From assembly GCF_020745735.1 (NCBI RefSeq), contig NC_083411.1, positions 87,778,328 through 87,842,327 on the forward strand: 64,000 nucleotides of DNA. The letters are read 5' to 3'. Origin of the DNA: Hemiscyllium ocellatum. Lineage: Eukaryota. Positions 48,801-60,400 of the stretch are shown here, piece after piece. Below the pieces are notes generated by a model. It was not told the DNA's origin and did no database searches. It saw nothing but the letters and a program-made list of their open reading frames with translations. The translations under genes and the position numbers were made by a program. The number at the start of each line of letters is the position of its first letter. The stretch's first letter is position 1.

Positions 48801-51800
48801 ATCTGCAGTCCTCACTTTCTCCTAGTAATCTATAGCCTACACCCTAACATACTGATTATGGGGAGGTGATGGCCTAGTGTTCTATTGCTGGATTGTTAAT
48901 CCATGGACTGAGGTAATGTTTTGGGGACCCAAGTTTGAATCTGACCATAGCAGATGGTGAATTTTGAATTCAATAAAAAAAATCTGGAAACAAGAGTCTC
49001 ATGATGACCATGTTGATTGTCAAGAAAAATACATCTGGTACACTAATGTCCTTTAGGGATGGAAATCTGCCATCCTTCCATGGTCTGGCCTACATGCAAC
49101 TCCAGATCCACAGCAACGTGATTGACTCTTAACTGCCCTCTGAGCAATTAGGCATGATCAATAAATGCTGCCCTTGCCAGATATGACCATTTTGTGAATG
49201 AATAAAATAAAAATTACATCGGTTTGAGTCCCACTGCAACAATGGTTCGATCTGAATTCACAACAAATCTGGAATTAAAAAGCTAGCAAGCATGTAAGCA
49301 TCAGAAATACCCATTTCGTTCAGTAATGCCCTTTTGGGAGGGACAACTGTCATCCCCACCTGGTCTGGCCTATACATGACTCCAATTCTTGGCAATGTTC
49401 TTGGCTCTTAACTGTCCACTAGCTGGCCACTCAGTACAAGAGTAATTAGGGATAGGCAAGTAATGCTTGCTCAACCAGCAATGCCCACATCCCATGAACT
49501 AGTTTTTGTTTTAGAAAATAAAAAACATTGTCTTTAGAGAATTTGCTTCATAAACAGGAAACCAAAGAAGGTGATCTACTTCCAAATTGACATCCCACTC
49601 CATCTCCATCTAACTGTGACCCCGAAATTCATGGTTCTAGATAAGCTCATAACAATGTTCACTCTGTACATGCGTTTTTAAGTTAGATGCAAAATAAAAT
49701 TTGCTAGGAGGCAAAAAGTAAAATTTCCCTCTGTGCTGCTGTATCAAAATATGATACAGGCAAATTTAAACATTTCTTTGCCCATTCAACTGAAAGGTAC
49801 ATGGACAAGATAAGAATTTTTTTTTTAAACAATCATAATATACTTTCACAACGTTATTTTTCTGTATTATTTAGATTAGGAGAAGTTCACATATTTTGTT
49901 GGTTTGATGTCAGAAGTTTCTGGTGAGGATTGCAATTCATTGGCTTTGTGGGTTTGCAGTGTTCTGGGAAAAATGCATCACCTGAAGGTTATGTACTAGA
50001 GATTTCAATTACATACAATCTTTGACGACTTGCACAGGTTAGCTGAAATAACGGGTCGCCCAATGAGAGTGGTAGGATGGTATCATTCTCACCCTCATAT
50101 CACTGTATGGCCTTCACATGTAGGTAAGTGTGTGACTGAACTGGGTGCGTGTCAAGTAATAGTGGAGTTAATGTAACATATGTGAGCAGTTTAAAAGAGT
50201 AGAAATCCCTTGTGAGCAGTGACTTTTGTCCTGTTTGCTCCTGATAGTAAACAAGATAAAAAAATCAACAGTGTGTAATGAATTTAAAATGCTAACTTTA
50301 TTAACACTATCCCATGTGTTTTCAGACCATTTTTTTTAATGATTAGATTACTAACAGTGTGGAAACAGGCCCTTCAGCCCAATAAGTCCACATCGACCCT
50401 CTGAAGAGGGACCCACCCAGACTCATTCCCCTACATTTACCCCTTCACCTAACACTACGGACAATTTAGCATGGCCAGTTCACCTTTTTGGACTGTGGTA
50501 GGAAACCAGAGCACCCGGAGGAAACCCACGCAGACACAGGGAGAATGTGCAAACTCCACACAGACAGTTGCCTGAGGTGGGAATTGAACCCGGGTCTCTG
50601 GCGCTTAAGGCAGCAGTGCTAACCACTGTGCCACCATGCCGCCCGCCATTTGACTGTTGAAGGCATCATGCCTGACCTCAGTTGTATTTTCACTGGTTGA
50701 TCATGGCAGGTGTTGTAGTGACTATAACATGGTCAGCCAGGTGGACCTCATAAAAAATGAGTTCCCTGATTGGAGCTGTTAACATTACCCTTCCTCCCTG
50801 GTTTTGTGATTTCAAATTCTTTTGGAGTCCGTTTTCTACACTGTCTGTGTGGAGTTGGCACATTCTCCCTGTGTCTGCATAGGTGTCCTTTGGGTGCTCC
50901 AGTTTCCTCCCACAATCCAAAGATGTACAGGCTAGGTTAGTTGGCCATGCTAAATTGCCCATCGTGTTCAGGGATGTGTGGGTTCGGTGCATTAGTCGGG
51001 TAAATTTAGAGTGGTAAGGGAATAGGTTGGGCAGGTTGCTCTTCGGAGGGTCGGTGTGAATTTGTTGGACCAAATAGCCTATTTCCGTACTGTAGAGATT
51101 CTCTCTGAAGAAAGGAGTCAAATTATTAAAGAGACATTTGGATATTTTAATAGGGGAGCTATGAGCTCTGTAAACTGAGAGGCCTTTCACATTTGTATTT
51201 AGTATTTTGGATGATTTACATCTACCCCTAAGCCATAAGAGAGCATTTTCATGCAACATACCTACCTGTGACCTGTTGTTTAGTTTAATTCTGTTTAAAA
51301 AGGAACAAGATTGTTTGCTGTTCACTGTGTGTATGATAGACATTTTTACTTGGGCTTTTCCAATGATTTTCTATGGGAGATACACCTCCCTGTTATGGTG
51401 GCTGATGGGATCTTAGGTTTTTGGACAAAATAAGAATGCACCTTGCCATTAAAATTTGAGTTATGTCCAAATGTGCCACTTCAGATCATCAATGTTAAGC
51501 TCTCTTCATTGAAATAATTTAGAGTCCATTTTAGTTTCCTTGCTAGTGCAGTTAATATGGAGTAGTTTGTCAAAGAAGCAAAGCTTGATCAATACCATTC
51601 TAAACCTGCTTTTTTGTCTGTCAGATGTCCGTACTCAGGCCATGTATCAGATGATGGACCAAGGCTTTGTAGGGTTGATCTTCTCCTGTTTCATTGAGGA
51701 CAAAAACACAAAGGTCTGTACCTCTCTATTTTATTGTGTGTTCATTCTTTTGATGGCATTTCATGGTGGTTTAATACTTCCTCATAGTGGGGTGAGGGAA

Positions 51801-54800
51801 AATCTCTGGGGCTGATTTTCCCCATTAGTAGTTAACAATTATGTGCAACTTTTGTGGGACAGGCCAAATTGATAAATCTGAGTCAATGACATCCTGAAAT
51901 GGAAGTATATTACCATTCCTTCACTATTACTAAAAACATCTACCTAACAGCCCTGACTGTGGTTGTTTTAAAAAGGCAAATCACCAGCATATTGTCTAGG
52001 TATATAGTAACGGCCAAAATACAGACCTTGCCATGGTTATCCACATACTTTGAATGAATTTTTAAAAATCCAAACTAGAGAGACTACTATCTGTTGCACC
52101 AGTGATATGTTTTCAATTCCCAGACAGTGCTGCCTTTTTGCCTTGATGTGTGTAAATGCCAATTTGCTATGACTTATCAATAATTTTGTGCTGTGAACAT
52201 TGATTGAAACCACTCCAAGCTAATTTTGTTCCTGCAATTTTACAGCTGTCAGAGGGAAACATCACATTTATCCCTTCAGTCTGGCTTAGATTTAATTACA
52301 TAACCAAAAAATGAGAGAGAGATTTTCTAACTCATATTATGGAAAGTTCCAGAGCAAGGCTAATTGAGGTCTCAGTGCTCCTTGGCAGACCTATTAGAAT
52401 TTTAAGAAACAGTATGCTTATTTGAATAGTTAATTAATAAATTACACCCAGATTTCACAGTAGCTCCTATCATAAAAGCCCAGTTTCAAGGGCTTGCTGG
52501 TTATATTAAGAGATCAATAGAAAATTAGGTGACACCATTAAACAAATACATTTTACCTTTTTATATGTTTTCTTCAGACTGGCCGAGTTCTCTATACCTG
52601 TTTTCAGTCAATTCAGGCACAGAAAGGTTCTGAGTAAGTATAATGCAGCCTGTTATTCTGGTGAAAACAATATAAAGGGTTTTTTAATATGAAGTGATGA
52701 ATTTTGTTATTATGGGGAAATAGTGAATGGAAAGCTTGCAAAGTTTCCCCATCCATGCATATATCCTTACACATGTTTGATTACTTTTATGATAGGTTGG
52801 GATCTGATGGCTATCAATCTCTGCCATGGTTTGAACTTTGTATGAGTTAATTAATTGGAGAAAACTTCAAGATAGAGATTTATGCTCAAAATTAATCAAT
52901 AGTGGATAGGCCTATAATTTAATCTGGGATCATACAAACACCATAAACTAAGATAATAGGTTAGGAGGTCATCTGAATGTCATTAACCTTTTGGTAACTT
53001 GGTTCCAGGTATGAACGAATAGAAATCCCTATCCATGTAGTGCCCCATGAAACTATTGGTAAAGTGTGTCTGGAGTCTGCTGTGGAACTTCCAAAAATCC
53101 TTTGTCAAGAGGAGCAGGATGCTTATAGAAGAATTCACAGGTAAAGTAAGAAATGATATGCATTTTTGTGTTTGAGGCATTAATTAATTAGTGAATTGGT
53201 AGAAATAGTGGAGGTCCAAAGAAACTTTGGTTTCAAACTGTACACAAAATCAGAATGTCATGAACATATACAGAAAGTAATCAAAAAGGCTATTGAAATG
53301 TAGGTCTTTATATCAAGAGGATGAAGGAACTAAGCTCTGGTTGGATCGAACTTGGAGTACTGTAAACATTTCTAAGCATAACACATTAGGAAGAACATAT
53401 AATAGCCTTGGAGGGACTGCAACATAAACTTATTAGAATGATATCTGGAACTGCAGAAGTTAAATCATGAGGGTATGTTATACAATCTGGTTGTGTTTCC
53501 AGAATTTAGAAGGTTAAATGTTGATTTGATGGAACTTTACAAGATAGTAAGAGGGCCAGATTGAGTAAGTTGAGAGAAACAAATTCTGGTAGTTGGAGAA
53601 TGTTGAGCTGGGCATTAATCAAAAATTAGAATCAAAACTGTCAGGTCTGAAATTAACAAACATTTCTTCATGCAAAGGGTGACAGAAATTTGCTAAATGC
53701 TATTATACAACTACTATTAATGGTAGATCAAAATAGTTGTCTGTAGTCCACAGGGGACCATAGCCATCTCTTTATGGTAGAGAGACACAATTGATCATAT
53801 AGCTTGAAGATACCTCTCTGCATCAAACATGGGGTAAAGTGAAGAGGCAGAGTCATGAATTTCCACAGCTCTTAGAGGAAATGAATCTGCACCATTGACA
53901 TTTAGCTAACTATGCCAACCAATTCTCACAGGTCGATTGAATATTAATTGTAAATCTGGGTATGATCAATTTTTGTTAGCCAGAAACATTAAAGGATATG
54001 GTGTAAAATCCATGTGCTGTTGTCAATGAAGTCATGTAATTTTGTTGCTACCATTTTATCCTTTGAACACATGATCATTATAGAGAGAAAATACTGAGGT
54101 CGTAGCTGTAAAAGAATCTCCATTACAGTGTAGACTGAAGGATATCAATGTATTTCCACCCCTGTAAAATTGATTTGTATAGTGGTTTTGTTAATCAATT
54201 GGTTCTGCTGATTTGATTTTTAAAAAAATCTAAACATTTGTACTTAAAATTCTTTGTTTTCCTTTTTACAGTACTGTATTTGACAGGCAAACAATATAAT
54301 GCCAGAATAATAATACTCCCTTTGGCACCTGACATCACTATCAAGAACTTAAAAATATGCACAATATGTGTCAGATATTTTTCCCCAACAGTGTGCCAAA
54401 CCAAGGCTTAAAAGAGAACGATCTTCGCAGACTACTCATCTATATAATTTACCTTAAACTGAAATTAGTCTGGAGTTGAATCTAAATCTGCATCAGATTT
54501 TGTATTTGTTTGACTGAACCTAAGTAAATATTTTTTCTCAAACTTCATGCTCACATATGAACTTGAATTTGCCAAACCCAATTTATTTAAGACTTTTGAA
54601 GAACCTCAGACTGGTTAAACTTTGAATCCCTTGGAGAGGTGAAAGAGCAGCCAACAGTCCAGTTTTACATCCAATCTTTTCGTTCTTCATGATGACCAAT
54701 GTTGCGCTTCTTGTTTATTTGCAGCATTTTAATTTTAAATGATATAATCAAAACCACTACACTTCAAAGAAATACTACAAGGCTGTAACTAACACATTGT

Positions 54801-57454
54801 TGTCCACATCAACAAAGGATTTTTCATAATGAAATTCCTATGCTTTTCTCAGAATATTTTAGTTGAAGCCATTACTTGGATGGTGTTCTTGATCTCATAC
54901 AGTGGCATTTGACCTTGAGATAAAGGAGTAGAATTGGGTCATTCAACTCTCAAGTCTGCTCTGCCATTTGATCATGACTGATATGTTTCTGACCATCATT
55001 CTCCTGCCTTCTCCCTGTAACCTTCAATCCCCTTACTAATAAAGAACCTACATATCTCTGATTTAAATACAGTAACAGTGCTGTAACAGGCACAAGCAAC
55101 AGTTTTATTTATCATCTCTTATGCATACAAGTATGAGTCATTCCTCCACATGAGAGCAGAAAATTCAATTAATTTATTGTTCCTTATTCAAATTCCCAAT
55201 TTAAATTTACTTTGCAGTGTTTTTATTCATTCATGGGGTGTGGGTCTCACTGCCTGGCCAGCCTTTATTGCTCAGCCTTTTATGGGAGGCAGTGGCGTTA
55301 TGGTAATGTCACTGGGCTAGTAACCTCGAAGTCCAGGCTAATTTCCTAGGGATATTTGTTTGAATCACACCAAGACAGGTGTTGAAATTTGAACTCAATA
55401 AATGTCTGAGATAATAGAGTTGGTTTAATCACTGTTGATTGTTGTAAAACACATCTGGCTCGTTAATGTCCTTTATGGAAACAAATCTGCCGTTGGTGCC
55501 TGGTCTAGCCTAAATGTGACTTCCGACCCAAAACAATTGGTTGACTCTTAACTTCCCTCTAGGCTATTAGCGATGACCTATAACTACTGCCCTAGCTAGC
55601 AATACCCACATCCCACAAACAAATTTAAAATGATATTAGTTGCCCCTTGGCAGCTCCTTTATTGAGCCCTCTATTTGGTATAGGTACCAACAAATTGCTG
55701 TAGGGAGAGAGTTCCAGGATTTTGACTCAAAATCCTATTATTGGAAACAGAATAACCATTGTCAAGTGTTTTAGTAGATTCATCTGTGATCTTCCCTGTT
55801 TTTGGTATGGATAAAATTTGTTAATCTAGTTCACATCTTGTTAACAATGTTTGCTTGTATTCAACAGAAGGTTGAAATAAACAAAATCTGTGATCTTTTA
55901 TCTTTTGTTTCAGCCTTACACATCTGGACCCTATAACCAAGATTCACAATGGATCAGGTAGATTATGGCTCACTGTCTCCTTTTTGGAGAAAATAATATA
56001 CACACTATACCAGAAGAGTATAGTTGAAAGCTCACATTTTTGATCCTAATGAGTGCTGGTAAAACAGTTAAAGAACAAGCTATAGGGAACTCTGTGGAAA
56101 TCAAAGATAGCCATTTCACAGATGAACTGTTTTTTTCATTCCTCTGTGTTTATAAAAGGTTTTTGCAAAAAAAAAACTGTGTTTCACTGATTTAAAAGAC
56201 AGAATTACAGGAGAAAGCGCAGAGAGATGTGACATTTAACACTTGCCATTGGTGACCTTTGAGCTTTGTATTGGGGGAGGTGGAAAATGCTAGCTTTCTG
56301 TGTGGAATACAGGAATTATATTTCGAGGTGCAAGAGAAGAATAATTAGTGGGAAGGAAATTTCAGGAGTTCAAAATTTTTCAGGATGTTGTCTTTCTGAC
56401 TCAGCTCCTCATCACCCCCTGAAATGCACATGCCAATAGTGAGGTTAGCACAGGTAAAGAAATTCTATTTTTTTTTCTTGTATACCACTCTTGTTGAATT
56501 TCATTTTGTGCAGCATTAGAAAAGGTACACCTAAAAGTAACAAACACGTGGTTAGGAATTTCAGTGGCAATTTGAGCAGAGCGATACGAACAGAGGAAGA
56601 AATGTTACCAGGATTGAAATAGGTGCATTTTGTGATGGATGTGGAATGTGAGAAGGTTCTGAGGTTGTGCACCATAACGTGCAAAATCTGTGTTGTGAAA
56701 CAGATGATTTTTTTTCCTCACGAACAAATTGATTCAGTAAATTTATTTGATTTTAAAGGGCAGTATTACAGAGGTTAGCTTTCCGTTAGCTCAAAACAGA
56801 AAGAAGAGTTGACAAACCTGTTCAGGAATTCCAAAATCTGGCTAACTTTGTTATTGTCTGCTTTCCAACAAATTGTTTTGCAGGCCTATTATTAAATAAA
56901 TTGCAATAGGTGAATTAAAAGGGGGCAATGGGAAGGGGAAGAGGTATCTTATGCAAAAGCAGACAATTTATATCCTATCCAGTATTCCCATTTAATATTT
57001 ATTTGTTCAAAAATAAATGATAAGAAATGTGAGCAAACTGGCTCAACATCGCCCTAGATGTAAACAAATTGAGTAATTTCTGCATCTTTTTATAAGGACA
57101 GGCTACATTTGGGTTGTGAAAATTTTAGTTAAGATTTTCATTTGCACTTATTTGCTCTGAATTAGTCACATGTTTCTACGATTTGATATTTATGTTTTGG
57201 ACGCAGCAATATTCATTTATGTAGAATATATCCAATGTGGTTTTAAACATTTTAAAATACCCTGACTGACCAATATCTGCATATTCATTTTCATTTCTCT
57301 AGTTTTCACAAAGAATCTGTGTAGCCAGATGTCATCCATTAGTGGTCCTCTGCTACAGTGGCTGGAGGATCGTCTTGATCAGAACAAACAGCACATCCTG
57401 GAACTTCAGCGGGAGAAGGAACAGCTCCTCCAAGAACTTGCGGCCTTAAAGTGA
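42569..57454 (+). CDS. BRCC3: Lys-63-specific deubiquitinase BRCC36 (8 exons, 261 aa)
   Basis: join(42569..42673,46592..46711,50036..50123,51625..51713,52578..52633,53009..53140,55914..55957,57303..57454) = 786 nt. Intact JAMM/MPN+ motif WYHSHPHITVWPSHVD, EEVMGLCIGE, and a C-terminal coiled-coil region. Confidence 0.96.
42991..43489 (+). mobile_element. Penelope-like 3' fragment
   Basis: [30 protein letters not shown] (GIY-YIG C-terminus) and a hammerhead; perfect TSD TCCCTTTGCCTTA at 42978-42990 and 43490-43502. Confidence 0.88.
43361..43396 (+). ncRNA. Minimal type-I hammerhead ribozyme (PLE)
   Basis: AUUC-CUGAUGA-A-GGGC(UUGU)GCCC-GAAA-CG-UC-GAAU. Confidence 0.8.
44175..44382 (+). mobile_element. 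HE1-like SINE 3' part
   Basis: ttcctcccacagtccaaag..ggccatgct..ttctatga tail. Confidence 0.7.
45520..46100. mobile_element. Old inverted pair of PLE-like 3' ends
   Basis: CTG(A/G)TGAGTACAAGATGAAA(A/T)GCT motif on - at 45547-45580 and on + at 46038-46074; related copy at 33025-33062. Confidence 0.5.
46205..46484 (-). mobile_element. HE1-like SINE
   Basis: Homologous to 7146-7457. Confidence 0.78.
46592..46711 (+). CDS. BRCC3: BRCC3 exon 2
   Basis: VDTSRIVHIHSVIILRRSDKRKDRVEISPEQLSAASTEAE, followed by the U12 donor ATATCCTTT. Confidence 0.95.
47534..48822 (+). mobile_element. Decayed Penelope-like element (RT C-terminus, linker, GIY-YIG, 3'UTR)
   Basis: TNTFHPDLKFT-like RT end, RDHSLHDSLIRS..PGVFPC..KRCKTC, and a decayed hammerhead at about 48694-48728. 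Confidence 0.82.
48862..49500 (+). mobile_element. Two tandem copies of a second tRNA-derived SINE family
   Basis: aatgtcctttaggga..aaatctgccatcctt..tggtctggcctacatg..actcca..gactcttaactg; further copies at about 32695-33015 (-) and 55290-55625 (+). Confidence 0.65.
50036..50123 (+). CDS. BRCC3: BRCC3 exon 3
   Basis: RLAEITGRPMRVVGWYHSHPHITVWPSHV|gtaagt. Confidence 0.95.
50340..50644 (-). mobile_element. HE1-like SINE
   Basis: Near full-length copy, homologous to 7146-7457. Confidence 0.85.
50840..51102 (+). mobile_element. HE1-like SINE (5'-truncated)
   Basis: V-domain tgtggagttggcacattctccctgtgtctgc. Confidence 0.78.
51625..51713 (+). CDS. BRCC3: BRCC3 exon 4
   Basis: DVRTQAMYQMMDQGFVGLIFSCFIEDKNTK. 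Confidence 0.95.
52578..52633 (+). CDS. BRCC3: BRCC3 exon 5
   Basis: TGRVLYTCFQSIQAQKGSE. Confidence 0.95.
53009..53140 (+). CDS. BRCC3: BRCC3 exon 6
   Basis: YERIEIPIHVVPHETIGKVCLESAVELPKILCQEEQDAYRRIH. Confidence 0.95.
53170..53720 (+). mobile_element. Highly decayed CR1 3' fragment
   Basis: ttggagtactgt..tttagaaggttaa..gatttgat..tttcttcatgcaaagggtg. Confidence 0.6.
55914..55957 (+). CDS. BRCC3: BRCC3 exon 7
   Basis: SLTHLDPITKIHNGS. Confidence 0.95.
57303..57454 (+). CDS. BRCC3: BRCC3 exon 8 (stop)
   Basis: VFTKNLCSQMSSISGPLLQWLEDRLDQNKQHILELQREKEQLLQELAALK*; AATAAA at 58421 and 58901. Confidence 0.95.
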
Positions 57455-60400
57455 AAGGAATCATGGGACCTCTGGGAAGAGGGACAGGAAATTGCATTCC
57501 AGTTGTTCTTCTGTTACTGATGGACAAGGACGCTATTGGATTGCAACAAAGATCTGTAACAAAGCTTTTAGGTCATGTTTAAGAACTCCTTTTGTTGCTA
57601 TTCATCTTACTTGCTTATCAATCCAGTCTTATGCCCAGACAAATGGAAATGGACACATTATAGCTTTGATCAGCTTTTGTGTCAAAGGGGAATTATTCTA
57701 GTCCTTTATGGATCCAAAATTCCATATTTCAGGTGTCCTGTACTGAAATTTGTGGCTCCATTTACATGAAGTTGTTGGATAGATACATTTTCTGTTGATG
57801 TTTTAACTAATCATTATTTCAGTTATACAGTGTGATAATAGAAGCTACTTCAACTGATATTTCTTGAAACCAGGGAAGTTGTTGATTATTTGATAAATTT
57901 GTCAACAATTTTATTTGTGGCCTGCATTTTGGGTAGCCTTTAGCCAATAGATATTCTGATTACTTTATATTCACCAGCTGTTGGAAAATTTAAGTGAATA
58001 CTGGAAAATACTTTTCAATGCCACAAAATATCAGCTAAATCTAAAGAGGTTAGACTGTTGATTTCTTACTATGTTCCCTGTGAAAGTAAAATAGTGAGTA
58101 GAAAAGTTCTGTTAACAATTTTCTTCTTTACTTCAGTATATTTATGATGGTTTGACATTATTGTATCACCAATCTGCATTTCATTAACTAATTCAAAAGT
58201 TTGGACTATTCCAATGGCATCTTTGATTGTATGTATCATTAAATTAGGCAAACAACATAACTGAATCCTCAGTGAGAGAAGGATCAGTTTTATTTCGGCA
58301 TCTCTAAACAAAGAGGAATGATAGGAGCTGTGGAAAGAGGATCAACAAATTTTGCGCAAGCCATTGTTGTTACAGATGAGAAGGGAAGCCATTAACCTGC
58401 AAAGATACCTAGATTGGCTGAATAAATGTGACAGCATCACTTTACAATCTGTTTTGTTATCACTTCCAGTACTTAAACAGTCTTGATTGTGTCTTTGATT
58501 TTTTTTTGTCTGGCACAACTATTTTCATTCAGGTTTGTGCATTGGTATCTGGATTTGCATAGGAATACATTCCTTATTCATATACATTTGGTGATTGTTA
58601 GGCTGGTACTGCCACATACAATCTGCAATGCAGTGAGGTTCTCAATAGGGTTTGAATGCATTCTTTGTAAAATTAATTGATTCATATTCCACAATGACTG
58701 GTGTTTCACTTGTCAAATTGTAGTTTCCAAGGATAGTAACTTTTTTTACCTGTATACTAATGGTGTTCTAAACGCCCATTTGTGATTTCTGGTATAGTTT
58801 ATTGACCTCTGCAGATAAACCAAAGGAGCTTCGTAGTCATCAGCATAGATACGGTTTGAGTTGGGTGTTTACATTCAAAGTGTCATTATACAGAATTAAG
58901 AATAAAATCTGATTTCTACTGATCTGAAATTAGTTATGAAAACATTTTCAATTATAAGTATTTTCCAATTGTACATGTTTGTTGAATTCTAAAAATTCTA
59001 ATGGAGGTTTTATAAACATCAAAATTTAATTTGTTGTTAATTGCTAATAATGCCTATAACAGAATCATTGTGATCTCTCTCATATATAAAAAAAAGTGCA
59101 CACTTCACACAAAATTTATGTCACTCTTTTGTCATATACATAATTTAAACTGATTGGCTAAATTTGAATTGTTGTGAAAACAACTCTACCAACGTTACAG
59201 CTCACATGTTACGTCTTCAAATTGTCCAGTACACTTTGTACTTGCAGTCAGTTACATGACAAATGCTTACAAGCTTTTCAGCTTTCATTCTCCCTTAAAG
59301 GTACAGTACATGCCTTCAACTTCATCACAGCGGAAACAAAACATGATAATGATGAAAATTACAAAATTTACAAACGATTACATATTCTGTGAAATTATCG
59401 TTTTGTGCATGACAATATTCTTTGGAGGATATATTTGAGACATTCCCACACTTCCCCACCTTGTCCATCTTGAGAAGCTGGAAATTTGATTTCACAGGGC
59501 TTCTCTAGCTCTAATTTCTTAGTAGACTGCAGTTATACTAGTGTTATTCTGCAACTGGTCTGAATAATACTACCAAAATGTTTATATTGCTATATAATTG
59601 TCTCTGTCATTGCACTTTAAAATGATCTCTCCTCTGAATGTACTTAGTGCTATCATATTTTGAAATGCAGATATATGTAACACTGTTGCTATAATTGGAA
59701 ATTGGTTATATTTGTAGGATTATTCAGAAGATGTGCTGTTAACTGTTACAATCCCCATCTGTTCTCATTTTATCCCTGTCATGTGCCAGGTGTAGCAATA
59801 GAAAGAGGTTTGTACAAAGCATTCCACCAAGACCAGTGAGGGTAACTGATTTTTTTTTAAGCATGGAAACATTGAAATGAAGCAACACATGAATCTTTTA
59901 TATTTTTCTACCAAGTAATTGATTAGAAAAACCATGACCTATGTATGTTCATGTATACATCATTGTTTCAACTGCGGTATTCAAGACAAAACAAGAACAA
60001 ATGATCAACTCCCAAAGGTTTTCACAACAAGCCAATTACTTTTCCAATGTAATCAATATTAAGCAGAAGAATGTGAGCTAAATTGTGCAAAGTAGGATCA
60101 CACAGAACAAATTAATGTATGATCAAATAAATGCTTTGCATTGTATTAATTAGGAGAGGTATTGTATATTAGAGTGCTAACCTCACTATTATTTGAATAG
60201 CATCAGAGGATTATGCTCATGATTCTGTGCAAGCAGAGGAACAGATGGATATCTAAATTTCAAAAGAACTATCATTTATATTTCTTTCACAACCTCAGGA
60301 TGTCCCAAAGGGTTTTGCTGTCAATGGAAGACTTCGACGTGTCACAGTTTATTGTGTAGTATAGGTAAACATAGCAAGCAATTAAATAAATAACCAGGCA

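Larger units (their letters stand above)
46712..50035 (+). other. U12-type (minor spliceosome) AT-AC intron of BRCC3
   Basis: 5' end ATATCCTTT; branch-like TCTTTGAC about 10 nt before the terminal AC; these boundaries keep the reading ...TEAE|RLAE... Confidence 0.9.

Noticed and set aside
50690-51343. 217-aa minus-strand ORF
   Set aside because: Antisense reading of an HE1 SINE plus intron sequence
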